Source: Promethearchaeota archaeon (lineage in GTDB: Archaea > Asgardarchaeota > Lokiarchaeia > Sigyniarchaeales > SOKP01). Taken from it: a stretch of DNA of 64,000 nt. The DNA is taken from assembly GCA_048938895.1 (NCBI GenBank), contig JBHLLU010000017.1:1-64000 (forward strand), given 5' to 3'. The position numbers and the translations under genes are program-made. Below are positions 30,727 to 40,296 of this stretch, one piece after another. Every line of letters starts with the position of its first letter. Positions within the stretch are counted from its first letter, which is position 1. The notes under the pieces are model-generated. The model was not told where the DNA came from. It worked only from the letters and a program-made list of their open reading frames with translations, and made no database searches.

Positions 30727-30840
30727 GGGATTATTTGGGCTGGATACCCTCTAATAATCTCGATGAAGTGTTGGCGTAATGAAATCTGGCTTAGAACTAA
30801 CACTAAGGCGATTGATGATAATACTGATCTGCACTGATTC
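30727..30840 (+). ncRNA. Structured K-turn RNA: C/D-box-like sRNA or SECIS-like hairpin, with 5' hairpin
   Basis: Relatively GC-rich island in an AT-rich spacer. 5' stem GGGATTATT/AATAATCTC; CGATGA (30761), ATGA (30779), stem AATC..CTTAG/CTAAG..GATT, TGATGA (30813), CTGA (30824 and 30834); TATA-like tract about 25-30 nt upstream. Confidence 0.6.
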
Positions 30841-31099
30841 TCTTTATAATTTTATCTCAATCTTTTACATTGCTAAACCTGTTAACCTTATGTACAATTT
30901 TATTATATAAACATTTTATTGTTGTATAATTTAATTCTCTAATCTAATGTCAGTTTTATCGACATAAATCTTAAATTAGGGGGGAATAAAATTTGAAATT
31001 TATTTTTCAAAATATTGTATATATTGTCTATACCTTTATGAAGATTAAAGGACGATAAAACATCTTAGAGAAGATAACTTATAAAAAATTGATATTATT

Positions 31100-32467
31100 A
31101 TGAAAATAACCGTAAGTGATATAACTATTGAATGGGATCCAGAAAGAGGTACTTGTACATTTGAAACTCTACCTGTAGCGATGATGTGGGTTCATACCAC
31201 CCTTGCAGGATTGATGTCTGGCATGCAGTTTATGGTTGGACCTAAGCGTTTTAACTTAGCATTACAAAGTGAAGGACGTAAGAGTGTAGAAGAAGATTGG
31301 GATGTTTTTATTGGTTTTTCAAAATTTACTGAAGGATTTAAAGCAATTGCTAATATTGCTGCAGTAGCTGGTTGGGGTCGGTGGAAGCTTATAGCTATAG
31401 ATGAGGAAAAGAAGAAATGTCAATTCTAAGTTGAAGATAGTTGGGAAAGTCGGTATCAAAAAGCATTAGGTGTCTGTTGGGGGAGTGGTATGGTAGCAGG
31501 TAAAATGGCAGGTTATTGCTCGAAACATTTTATGACTAATTGTTGGGCTGTACAAACCAAATTCATAGCCAAAGGGGATGATGTTGATGAATTTATTGTT
31601 GAACCTTCAGATCGCACAATTGAAGAAGAGATAGGGAAATTATTAACTACTGATGAAGCCACTAAAGCAGATATGGCTGTTGCATTAACAAGGTTAACAA
31701 AAGAAATTAAGGAACGCGAAAAAATCGAAACGCAATTAAGACAGTCAGAAAAAAGATTTAAGGATGCTTATGATCGTGCCGAATTTTATAAAGATTTATT
31801 TGCTCATGACATTAACAATCTTTTACAGGGAATTTTATCACCAACTCAATTAATTGAAGTAATGACTAAAGATGAAAAATTAGAAGCTTCCATCAAAAAA
31901 GCTTTAAATATAATCCAAGAACAAGTTGATCGAGGATCACGTTTAGTTTTTAATGTACGAAGGCTTTCTCAACTCGAAGAAAATAATATGATGATGGAAA
32001 AAGTTGAAATTGTCAGTATTTTGAAGAAATCAATAGAAAACTTAAAAAATTCTTTTCAAGATAAAAAGATAGAAATTAACTTTGATTCATTTGATGAAGA
32101 GATATTTATATTGGGAAATGAATTAATCCAATACGTATTTGAGAATATTCTAATTAATAGTGTCATGCACAATAATAACCCAATTATTAAAATTGAAATA
32201 AAAGTTTCAAAACAAACCTTACGTAATTATTATAATTATAAAATTGAATTTATTGATAATGGTTTTGGTATAGAGGATTCCCGCAAAAATTTAGTTTTTA
32301 ACCGAGTGAATAAAGACGGGAAAAATGTAAGTGGAATGGGTTTAGGATTGTCTCTTGTAAAGAAAATAATTGAGATATTTAAAGGAAAAATTTGGGTCGA
32401 AGATAGAATAGAAGGTGATTATTCAAAAGGATCGAATTTCATAATATTATTTCCTGAGATGATTTAA
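31100..32467 (+). pseudogene. V4R-domain sensor histidine kinase with in-frame TAA at 31427-31429
   Basis: ORFs 31100-31429 and 31490-32467 are in the same frame; read-through CQF*VEDSWESRYQKALGVCWGSGMVAGK is continuous V4R-like sequence; HDINN H-box, DNG, GMGLGL. Confidence 0.8.
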
Positions 32468-32468
32468 A

Positions 32469-32834
32469 ATGCCATCTATATTAATTGTTGATGATGAACC
32501 TTCTATCCAATTTACATTTAAACATATCTTTTTAGCCTATGGATTTGAGATAGCAGGTATAGCCAATAATGGAGAGGAAGCTATTGGTCTCTTTAAATCA
32601 TTTGTAAATAAACCAGACATTATCTTAATGGACCATAGAATACCAATCAAAAATGGTCTAGAGGCAACAAAAGAGATTTTACAATTAGATAGTCATACTA
32701 AAATTATTTTTAAAAGTGCAGATAGTAGTATTAAAAATGAAGCTCTTTCTTTGGGTGCAGTTAGCTTTCAAGATAAACCATTTAAGATTGAGAAAATGAT
32801 CGAAGAAATTCATAAAGCTCTTAAACAAAGATGA
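32469..32834 (+). CDS. Response regulator receiver (CheY-like)
   Basis: ILIVDD, PDIILMD, KPF. Confidence 0.9.
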   Translation: MPSILIVDDEPSIQFTFKHIFLAYGFEIAGIANNGEEAIGLFKSFVNKPDIILMDHRIPIKNGLEATKEILQLDSHTKIIFKSADSSIKNEALSLGAVSFQDKPFKIEKMIEEIHKALKQR

Positions 32835-32863
32835 AAATGCTAATTGCGAAAAAATATTTAATT

Positions 32864-33685
32864 CTAAAGTTTTAACACTTCTGCCATAGAGTAAATCTTA
32901 TCATCTTTAGCGTTAGCTAAAAATTTAATCGCTTTAATTGAACCATTTGCAAAACAATCTCGACTGTGAGCTTGATGTTTCAATTCAATTCTTTCTCCAG
33001 GTCCGGCATATAGTATTATATGATCACCTACAATATCACCACCACGAATTGAATGGATTCCAATTTCTTCTCTTGCTCCCACAAGCCGTTTATTAGGACC
33101 CTTTTGCCTTCCAAATTTTGCTATTTTTTCAAAATCAGAACCTAATGTATCACTTATATTTTGACCAATCTTCAAAGCTGTTCCACTGGGAGCATCAACC
33201 TTTCTGTGATGATGTGCTTCAATTATCTCAATATCCCAATCTGCTAAATATTTTGTCAACACCGATGCCATTTTAAATAGTACATTTACCCCTGTTGCCA
33301 TGTTTGGTGAGAAAACTGCGGGTGCGTGTGTTTTTTTTATTAATACATTCAATTTATCAAAAAACTCTTGAGACAAAGCAGTGGTTCCAATAACACATCT
33401 GATCCCGTTTTCAGCGCAGATGATGCAATTCCTTTCTGCTGCAGAGGCGACTGTAAAATCTACTGCTACTTTTGGTTTTTTTGTTGATATTATCTCCTCA
33501 AGATTTTTTACATCACTAATTTCAATGTTATTTGGATCTTCCACGCCTGTAATATGTGCTAACTTTTCACCTATTTTATTTACATCACATGCAGCTACGA
33601 CATCTATTTCCTCGTCATCTAATGCTAGTTTACTAATTAATTTACCCATTGAGCCTGATGGCCCAAAAATTAATAATTTAATCAT
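32864..33685 (-). CDS. dapB: 4-hydroxy-tetrahydrodipicolinate reductase
   Basis: GPSGSMG, VIGTT, EAHHHRKVDAPSGTA, RGGDIVGDH. Confidence 0.97.
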   Translation of the reverse strand: MIKLLIFGPSGSMGKLISKLALDDEEIDVVAACDVNKIGEKLAHITGVEDPNNIEISDVKNLEEIISTKKPKVAVDFTVASAAERNCIICAENGIRCVIGTTALSQEFFDKLNVLIKKTHAPAVFSPNMATGVNVLFKMASVLTKYLADWDIEIIEAHHHRKVDAPSGTALKIGQNISDTLGSDFEKIAKFGRQKGPNKRLVGAREEIGIHSIRGGDIVGDHIILYAGPGERIELKHQAHSRDCFANGSIKAIKFLANAKDDKIYSMAEVLKL

Positions 33686-33708
33686 ATAAATACCCGCTTC
33701 ATATAATA

Positions 33709-34608
33709 TTAAATTAAATCTAATTTTTTAAGAACAGTTTTGATCTTCTTCTGATTTTCTTTTAAAGGGGGTGTTAATGGTAGCCTCATCCTCATATCCA
33801 TTAACCCCATTTCATCTGCTGCGTATTTAACTGGTCCAGGATTTGTCTCAATAAATAATACTTTGAACAAATCGTAAAGTTCGAGTTGTATTTCTCTTGC
33901 TTTCTGCCAGTCATTATTCAGCATAGTAGAGGTGAATTCAACCATTCTTGAGGGAATAATATTAGACGCAACACTAATAACTCCTTTACCTCCCAAAGCC
34001 ATGATGTGATAAGTCATAGCATCATCACCACTTAACACAATAAAATCATCAGGAGTGGTTTTAATAATTTTAGTTATTTGGTCAATATCACCACTAGCAC
34101 ATTTTATCCCAACAATGTTATCTTTCGCATATGCAAGTTTTGAAATAGTCTCAGGCTCCAAATTTCTCCCTGTTCTACTTGGCACATTGTATAGAATAAT
34201 AGGTAAGGATACAGAATCTGCTACAGCAGAAAAATGGTTAATTAACGAGTGTTGAACTGGCTTATTATAATAAGGTACGACTATTAATAGTCCATTCGCT
34301 CCAATTTTCTCTGCATATTCAGCGAGAGAAATTGCTTCTCGAGTTGAGTTACTTCCCGCCCCGGCTAACACAAATGGATCTTTATTACTCTTTTTTGCTT
34401 CATCAACTGCTATATCCATAGCTTGATGATGTTCCTCATGAGATAAAGTAGGACTTTCCCCTGTAGTGCCCATAGTTAGTATGTGGCAACCATTGTTAAT
34501 CTGAAATCTTATGAATTCTCGATATTTGTCTTCAGCTATAGTATAATCATCATTAAAGGGAGTAATCATTGCCGTAATAACATTTTTTAGTTTATCTATC
34601 TCAGCCAT
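33709..34608 (-). CDS. dapA: 4-hydroxy-tetrahydrodipicolinate synthase
   Basis: GTTGESPTL, PYYNKP, YNVPSRTG, GIKCASG, ETNPGPVK; likely start at the second ATG (MAEID) after GGAGG. Confidence 0.96.
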   Translation of the reverse strand: MAEIDKLKNVITAMITPFNDDYTIAEDKYREFIRFQINNGCHILTMGTTGESPTLSHEEHHQAMDIAVDEAKKSNKDPFVLAGAGSNSTREAISLAEYAEKIGANGLLIVVPYYNKPVQHSLINHFSAVADSVSLPIILYNVPSRTGRNLEPETISKLAYAKDNIVGIKCASGDIDQITKIIKTTPDDFIVLSGDDAMTYHIMALGGKGVISVASNIIPSRMVEFTSTMLNNDWQKAREIQLELYDLFKVLFIETNPGPVKYAADEMGLMDMRMRLPLTPPLKENQKKIKTVLKKLDLI

Positions 34609-34797
34609 AAGAAATTCCTCCATATTTTTATTGTGTAGATTAACACTTAATCTAGTAATGTATCTATATAAGACTTTTTAATAACCTTTTACTTAAGTTA
34701 ATATTATTTTTTTCCTCCTTATTTAAAGGAAAAATCCAAATGTACTATTTCGTGGTTACCAAAAAATTAAAAGAATAGACATTTATGTTGAATTACA

Positions 34798-35814
34798 ATG
34801 TCATTAGATTTATTAGATAAATTCCAAGGTACTCTAATTTCGGTTGCAATAGGGGATACACTCGGGTGTCCCTTTCAAGAAAAGCTTCGGAAAGAAATTT
34901 ATTCTTACTTTAAAGATTTCAGAGAATTTATTAAAGAATATAGAGATATTTTTAGAACTTATACCGACGATACTCAATTAACTATACATACTGCCAAAGC
35001 ACTTATTCAAGGAAATGGCTTTAATATAGATAATTTTATTAGAGAATATGTAAAATGGTTAGATGATCCACCTATAGGGCCAGGATGGGGTTGTATATCT
35101 TCAATTAGAAAACTAAAATATGGAATTCCGTGGAAAGAAGCGGCATCAAACTCTGGTGGGAATGGTACTGTAATGAGAATTGCTCCAATAGGACTTTTCT
35201 ATTGTACTAATCTAAAAGGATTAAAGACCACCGCAATTAAATCAAGTATTATCACTCATTCTCATCCCGCAGCCTCAGCAGGAGCAATCATAATTGCTCA
35301 GGCTATAGCATATTTGATTAAGAAAAATCCAAATACTGGTTTTCCAATTGATGAATTCTTCGAGATCTTAATTTCATCAATTTCTAACTCTCATGAAGAT
35401 ATTTGGGAAGAATTTATCAGCCTTCTGGAAAAATTAAAATCTAATCTTAACATCCCCATTGAAGCGGGTTTAATTAAATTTTCCCAAGCAGGAGTAAAAT
35501 CACCCTATTTTATTGAAGAATATATGGGGCAAGCGTTTGTTCATCCCTATACAATAAGCACTGTGATTTGTTCACTTTTTATTTTTTTAAAAAGACTAAA
35601 TTCGTTTGAAGAATGCATCTTTGAACTTGCTACTGCAGGAGGAGACAGTGATACAGTTGGAGCAATAGGAGGCAGTTTGGCAGGAGCTTATTTTGGAATG
35701 AAAAATATCCCCTCAGATTTAATAAAATTAGTGAAAAATAATAAGAAACTCTTGAAACTTAGTGAAAATCTTTATACTACATTCATTAAACGATTTAATG
35801 TAGAATCATTTTAA
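34798..35814 (+). CDS. ADP-ribosylglycohydrolase family protein
   Basis: AIGDTLG, YTDDTQ, GNGTVMR, GGDSDTVGAI. Confidence 0.92.
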   Translation: MSLDLLDKFQGTLISVAIGDTLGCPFQEKLRKEIYSYFKDFREFIKEYRDIFRTYTDDTQLTIHTAKALIQGNGFNIDNFIREYVKWLDDPPIGPGWGCISSIRKLKYGIPWKEAASNSGGNGTVMRIAPIGLFYCTNLKGLKTTAIKSSIITHSHPAASAGAIIIAQAIAYLIKKNPNTGFPIDEFFEILISSISNSHEDIWEEFISLLEKLKSNLNIPIEAGLIKFSQAGVKSPYFIEEYMGQAFVHPYTISTVICSLFIFLKRLNSFEECIFELATAGGDSDTVGAIGGSLAGAYFGMKNIPSDLIKLVKNNKKLLKLSENLYTTFIKRFNVESF

Positions 35815-36384
35815 TCAGGAAAGAAAAATATTTAATTCTTTTTTACAAATTTCACAATATTCTACAGGCTTTTTATCTGTATCTGCTAAACTATTAGATA
35901 GTTGCATTACACATTTATTATTACAATGTATTAACCCAAATGTATGCCCAAGCTCGTGTTTTGCTTCCTTTAATACTCTTTCATTAAATTCATCCTTTGA
36001 TTCTACTTTTCTATAAGCTGTTCCTGATTTAATATAAAAATTTTCTCTAAGACGAGGTAAGGAGATAAGAGCAGCATAGGAACCTCTTTTAGCTAACCCA
36101 AAAATGAAATCTTTTTCCTTAGAGTAGATATCTTTTCCAACAATTCCAAGAAGTCTAAAAAGTTCTCTATTTTTAGCTTTTTCTTCTAACTTATTTAACA
36201 AATGGATTGCTTTATATTGATTTCTAATTGAATTATAGTATTTTTTTCTCAATTTTATCTTTTCTTTAAGAATCTCGATACTGATGTTAAAATCTCTTAA
36301 GCTTATCTCAAGATTCTGCTTTAAATCAATTAATACCGACGGGGAGATCTTACCAATGCCTAATAAAAAGATAGTTCTAAGCAT
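35815..36384 (-). CDS. amzA: Archaemetzincin Zn-metalloprotease
   Basis: HELGHTFGLIHC...CVM..S....D.K...YC..C. Confidence 0.9.
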   Translation of the reverse strand: MLRTIFLLGIGKISPSVLIDLKQNLEISLRDFNISIEILKEKIKLRKKYYNSIRNQYKAIHLLNKLEEKAKNRELFRLLGIVGKDIYSKEKDFIFGLAKRGSYAALISLPRLRENFYIKSGTAYRKVESKDEFNERVLKEAKHELGHTFGLIHCNNKCVMQLSNSLADTDKKPVEYCEICKKELNIFLS

Positions 36385-36492
36385 GTTAACATAAATCGAT
36401 TTTCTCAGATGCTAATTATTAAATAAATTACTGACTTCTAAATTATTCGTAACAAAATTTTTTCATTTAACCTTTTAATTTCTGTTATAAAC

Positions 36493-38391
36493 TTGGGGGC
36501 TGGGTTTAAGATGGTGCGAATGAATGGCAAATTAATAGAAACAACAGATAAATATCAATTTTTAATTAATAATGTCTTGGACGTCATAATCGAAGTAGAT
36601 TTAGATGGATTCTTTTCCTATATTAGCCCCAGTGTTTACCATATGCTCGGATATCAACCAGAAGAAATTGTTGGCACTCAATTTTTCAGTTATATTCATC
36701 AAGATGATTTAGAATTAGTAAATATAAATTTAGCAAAAGTTATCCATGGAGAGGGTATAATTTCATTAGAATATAGGGTAAAACATAAAAATGGACATTA
36801 TATTCCTGTTACTGCAAAAGGTTCGTTAGTAAAGTTAGATCGTAAATTAAAACTCATAGCTGTTCTAAGGGATAATTCACAAAAAGATAAAGTTCAAATT
36901 GAATTGGAAAAAGAAAGAGAGAAAATTCAATTATATTTAGATACCGTAGGAGTCGTGGTCGTTGCTTTAAATAAAGAGGGTGAGATCACGATGATTAATC
37001 GAAAGGGCTGCGAAGTTCTTGAATATACCGAGGAAGAATTGATTGGGAAAAATTGGTTTTTACATTGTCTCCCAATTTCAATTCAACACGAAGTATATAA
37101 AGTTTTTCAAAAGCTAATGGCAAATGAAATTGAAACTACTGAATTCTACGAAAATTCTGTTGTAACGAAAAATTCAAAAGAAAAAGTAATAGCTTGGCAC
37201 AATACAGTATTAAAAGACGATAAAGGGAATATAATAGGGACTCTTAGTTCAGGAGAGGATATTACTGAACGTAAGAAAGCTGAGAAGCTTCTAAAGCAAT
37301 CTGAAGAGAAATATCGTATGATTTTTACAGGAGCTAGCGATCCAATTGCCATACTAGATGATGACATCATTGTAGATTGCAATCAAATGGCTGTAAATTT
37401 ATTTGGATTTGATAAAAAAGAGGAGATAATTGGAAAGCAACCTTGGAGATTATCTCCACCACGACAACCAGATGGAACAGAATCGATTAAGAAAGCTAAT
37501 AAATATATTAAACAGGCACTCCTTGGAGAATCTCAAAGATTTTATTGGCAACACCTCAAAAAAGACAATAAACCATTTGATGCTGAGATATCATTAAGTA
37601 GTTTTAAACTGGAAAATAGAGATCATATTATGGCAATTATCAGAGATATTACGGAAAGAAAGAAAGCAGAAAAGGATATTAAAGAAATAAGCCGATTAAA
37701 ATCTGAATTACTGGAGAGAACATCTCATGAATTAAAAACACCTCTCATTTCAATTAAAGGCTTTACTGATCTCTTATTAGATTTGCATAGAGAAAAATTT
37801 GATGAGGAAGTCTTTTCAATTTTGGGTGAAATTCGACAAGGTACAGAACAACTCGAATCAATAGTTAACAAACTCCTAGAGAGTTCACTTTTAAAGTCAG
37901 GAAAGATTCAGTTTAACCCAAGTAATGAAGATTTATCATTCTTAATCAGGTTTTGCGTAAAGAACTTACAAGGTCTAGCAAAAACTAGAAATCACACAAT
38001 TAAGCTAGATATACCAGACAAATTGATTCTCAAATTTGAAAAAGAAAGAATATACGATGTTATATCCCATTTGATTATCAACGCGATAAAATATACACCA
38101 CCCTTTGGGGAAATTAAATTAAAAGCTGAAATTGAAAATGATTTTGTAATCATTGCTGTTCAGGACAATGGAATTGGGTTTTCTATGGATGACAAAGAAA
38201 AGATCTTTAAACAGTTTGGTAAAGTCGAACGTTATGGTAAAGGATGGGACATAGGTATCGAAGGAACCGGAATGGGGTTATATACTTCTAAAAAGATTGT
38301 AAAGTTACATGGGGGAGATATATGGGCTGAATCTGAAGGAAGAAATAAAGGTTCTAAGTTTAGCTTTTCTCTTCCGATTTCTAGAAATTAA
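36493..38391 (+). CDS. Multi-PAS sensor histidine kinase
   Basis: Three PAS domains (two ending DITERK), SHELKTPL, NAIKYT, DNGIG, GTGMGL. Confidence 0.92.
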   Translation: MGAGFKMVRMNGKLIETTDKYQFLINNVLDVIIEVDLDGFFSYISPSVYHMLGYQPEEIVGTQFFSYIHQDDLELVNINLAKVIHGEGIISLEYRVKHKNGHYIPVTAKGSLVKLDRKLKLIAVLRDNSQKDKVQIELEKEREKIQLYLDTVGVVVVALNKEGEITMINRKGCEVLEYTEEELIGKNWFLHCLPISIQHEVYKVFQKLMANEIETTEFYENSVVTKNSKEKVIAWHNTVLKDDKGNIIGTLSSGEDITERKKAEKLLKQSEEKYRMIFTGASDPIAILDDDIIVDCNQMAVNLFGFDKKEEIIGKQPWRLSPPRQPDGTESIKKANKYIKQALLGESQRFYWQHLKKDNKPFDAEISLSSFKLENRDHIMAIIRDITERKKAEKDIKEISRLKSELLERTSHELKTPLISIKGFTDLLLDLHREKFDEEVFSILGEIRQGTEQLESIVNKLLESSLLKSGKIQFNPSNEDLSFLIRFCVKNLQGLAKTRNHTIKLDIPDKLILKFEKERIYDVISHLIINAIKYTPPFGEIKLKAEIENDFVIIAVQDNGIGFSMDDKEKIFKQFGKVERYGKGWDIGIEGTGMGLYTSKKIVKLHGGDIWAESEGRNKGSKFSFSLPISRN

Positions 38392-38497
38392 TTTTATGAG
38401 ATTATTTACCTAATGATGTAATTTTTCAAAGTTAAGAGTTTAATTGTGTAGATTTAGGATAATTTTAAAAACAAATCATACAAAATCATAATTAGAG

Positions 38498-38902
38498 GTG
38501 TTAAAAATCTCAAAAATACCTGCTATAATTTTTTTAACTACAATAATTATTGGAATAATTCTCCTGATAACCGGAATTAATATGAGAATTTATGTTTTTC
38601 AAGTTATCGAGCAGAATAAAAATGATCCAGATTGGGACAGATTTGGTTTATCTTGGACGGAGTTCTATTCATGGGTGTGGATCGGAATTGGTACCTTACT
38701 TATAATCCTAACCGTTATCCTGGCTTTTAGTTATTACTACCAATTTCCTTCTAAAGTGGTGGAAAAGAACTACTATAAGAATGAAAAGTGGTTAAATCAT
38801 CAATATAACGAGTTGAGAAGGAGCCTTCAAGACATTGCAATTGATCAAGGGGTAAGTATGATAACAATTAAGAAATGGGTTGATAAGCTTGATAAGCATT
38901 GA
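38498..38902 (+). CDS. 2-TM membrane protein with C-terminal HTH-like domain (tandem paralog 1)
   Basis: GTG start after GAGG; two TM helices; [28 protein letters not shown]. Confidence 0.7.
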   Translation: MLKISKIPAIIFLTTIIIGIILLITGINMRIYVFQVIEQNKNDPDWDRFGLSWTEFYSWVWIGIGTLLIILTVILAFSYYYQFPSKVVEKNYYKNEKWLNHQYNELRRSLQDIAIDQGVSMITIKKWVDKLDKH

Positions 38903-39032
38903 GGGAACTGGAATAGGATTATATACTTCGAAAAAGATTGTAAAGTTACATGGAGGAGATATATGGGCTGAATCTGAAGGAAGAAATAATGGTTCGAAGT
39001 TTTCCTTTTCACTTCCTATTTCTAGAAATTAA
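38901..39032 (+). pseudogene. Orphan diverged copy of the last 44 codons of the histidine kinase (38260-38391)
   Basis: Gap-free alignment; 11 codons differ, 9 synonymously. Confidence 0.92.
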
Positions 39033-39122
39033 TGTTTTTAGATAATTTAACTAATTATGACATAATGAGTAGATTTAGGATAGTTTTAAATATTATTCCT
39101 TAATTAAGAGATCTAATTAGAG

Positions 39123-39536
39123 GTGACAAAAATCTCAAAAATACCAGCTATACTTTTTTTAGTTTCCTTGATTATTGGAATAATTCTCCTGATACATGGA
39201 ATTAATATTAATATTCGTGTGCTTGAACTATTTCGTCTTGATGAATTGCACCAATATGACCCAGATTGGGACCCATATGATCCATGGATAGGTGAGTGGG
39301 TTGCAATGATGTATATCGGACTTGGTACCATAATTATAATCATCACTGTTATTGTTAGTTTTACTTATTACTTTCAAGCACCTTCTAAAGTGGTGGAAAA
39401 GAGGGAATATATGAATGTAAAGTGGTTAAATCATCAATATAACGAGTTAGAGAGAAGTCTTCAAGACATTGCAATTGATCAAGGGGTAAGTATGATAACA
39501 ATTAAGAAATGGGTTGATAAACTTCCTAATAGGTAA
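39123..39536 (+). CDS. 2-TM membrane protein with C-terminal HTH-like domain (tandem paralog 2)
   Basis: Paralog of 38498-38902 with near-identical C-terminal domain. Confidence 0.7.
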   Translation: MTKISKIPAILFLVSLIIGIILLIHGININIRVLELFRLDELHQYDPDWDPYDPWIGEWVAMMYIGLGTIIIIITVIVSFTYYFQAPSKVVEKREYMNVKWLNHQYNELERSLQDIAIDQGVSMITIKKWVDKLPNR

Positions 39537-39684
39537 TATACTACTAGTTTCTAAAGAAAAAATACCAGCCACAAAAATTAACGATAAAACTTTTTTAGAT
39601 TATTAAATTCTAATATCTAGACCTCTAAATAATTTATCTCCTCATTTTAAGAGATTCGCTGATAAGAAAAGCCAGTTTCGTCAT

Positions 39685-39816
39685 GGGAGGGTGGTCTAGC
39701 CTGGTATGATACTATAGGGATTCTCTCTATGGCGTGAATCTTGGTTTGGGACCAAGGGGTCGGGGGTTCAACAGGTGACGCACAACGCGTTTCCTGAACA
39801 ATTCCCCCCCCTCCCA
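39685..39816 (+). tRNA. tRNA-Pro(UGG) with two BHB introns: 39711-39738 (position 25/26) and 39772-39801 (position 58/59)
   Basis: Acceptor stem GGGAGGG/CCCTCCC-A; anticodon arm CTTGG-TT-TGG-GA-CCAAG (anticodon 39747-39749); T arm GGGGG-TTCAA^TT-CCCCC after intron removal; CCA not encoded. Confidence 0.92.
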
Positions 39817-39842
39817 TCTTTTTATCATTAACTATTCATGAG

Positions 39843-40106
39843 TTAATTTTCTTCTAATGATTCTTCTGAATTAAAAGAAACTTCGGGTATCAAATCTTGT
39901 ATTGCTGAATGTAATGATAATATTATTCCAGGATTTTCTGAATATACAATGAAGTAATTTGTAATTTTACTTATTTTTAAAATCTTAATCTGATCTTTAA
40001 AAAAACTGAGTAATTCTTGAACACTTTCCTTATAATTGTTATCTTTTTGAATCCATGCTACTAATCTTTTATTTTTATTGGTCTTAACTTTTAATTTCAA
40101 TTTCAT
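39843..40106 (-). CDS. Hypothetical protein
   Basis: 87-aa ORF with ATG, convergent with the tRNA. Confidence 0.55.
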   Translation of the reverse strand: MKLKLKVKTNKNKRLVAWIQKDNNYKESVQELLSFFKDQIKILKISKITNYFIVYSENPGIILSLHSAIQDLIPEVSFNSEESLEEN

Positions 40107-40296
40107 TATAACATCATCAATTATTACTTTAAAACAAACTAAAGACGTTTAATATAGTTTTAACCAAATCTATTTAAACGAGGAGCTTTTTAAGATAAGA
40201 AGTTGTTTTTAGAGGTTTCTTCAAAATAATATTAATATAGTATAAATTTTATTAAAGATTTTATCACTGTAAAAATAGAATTGTGTAAATTAAGAT

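Noticed and set aside
31427-31429. Sec/Pyl recoding or a second intron in the V4R kinase
   Set aside because: The codon is TAA; no extra sequence or BHB hairpin is visible.
38260-39032. Diversity-generating retroelement TR/VR pairs (also 13765 versus 15864)
   Set aside because: Differences are not adenine-specific and are mostly synonymous; no reverse transcriptase in the window.
39537-40296. Integrated element at tRNA-Pro
   Set aside because: No integrase and no duplicated tRNA 3' end seen in the window.
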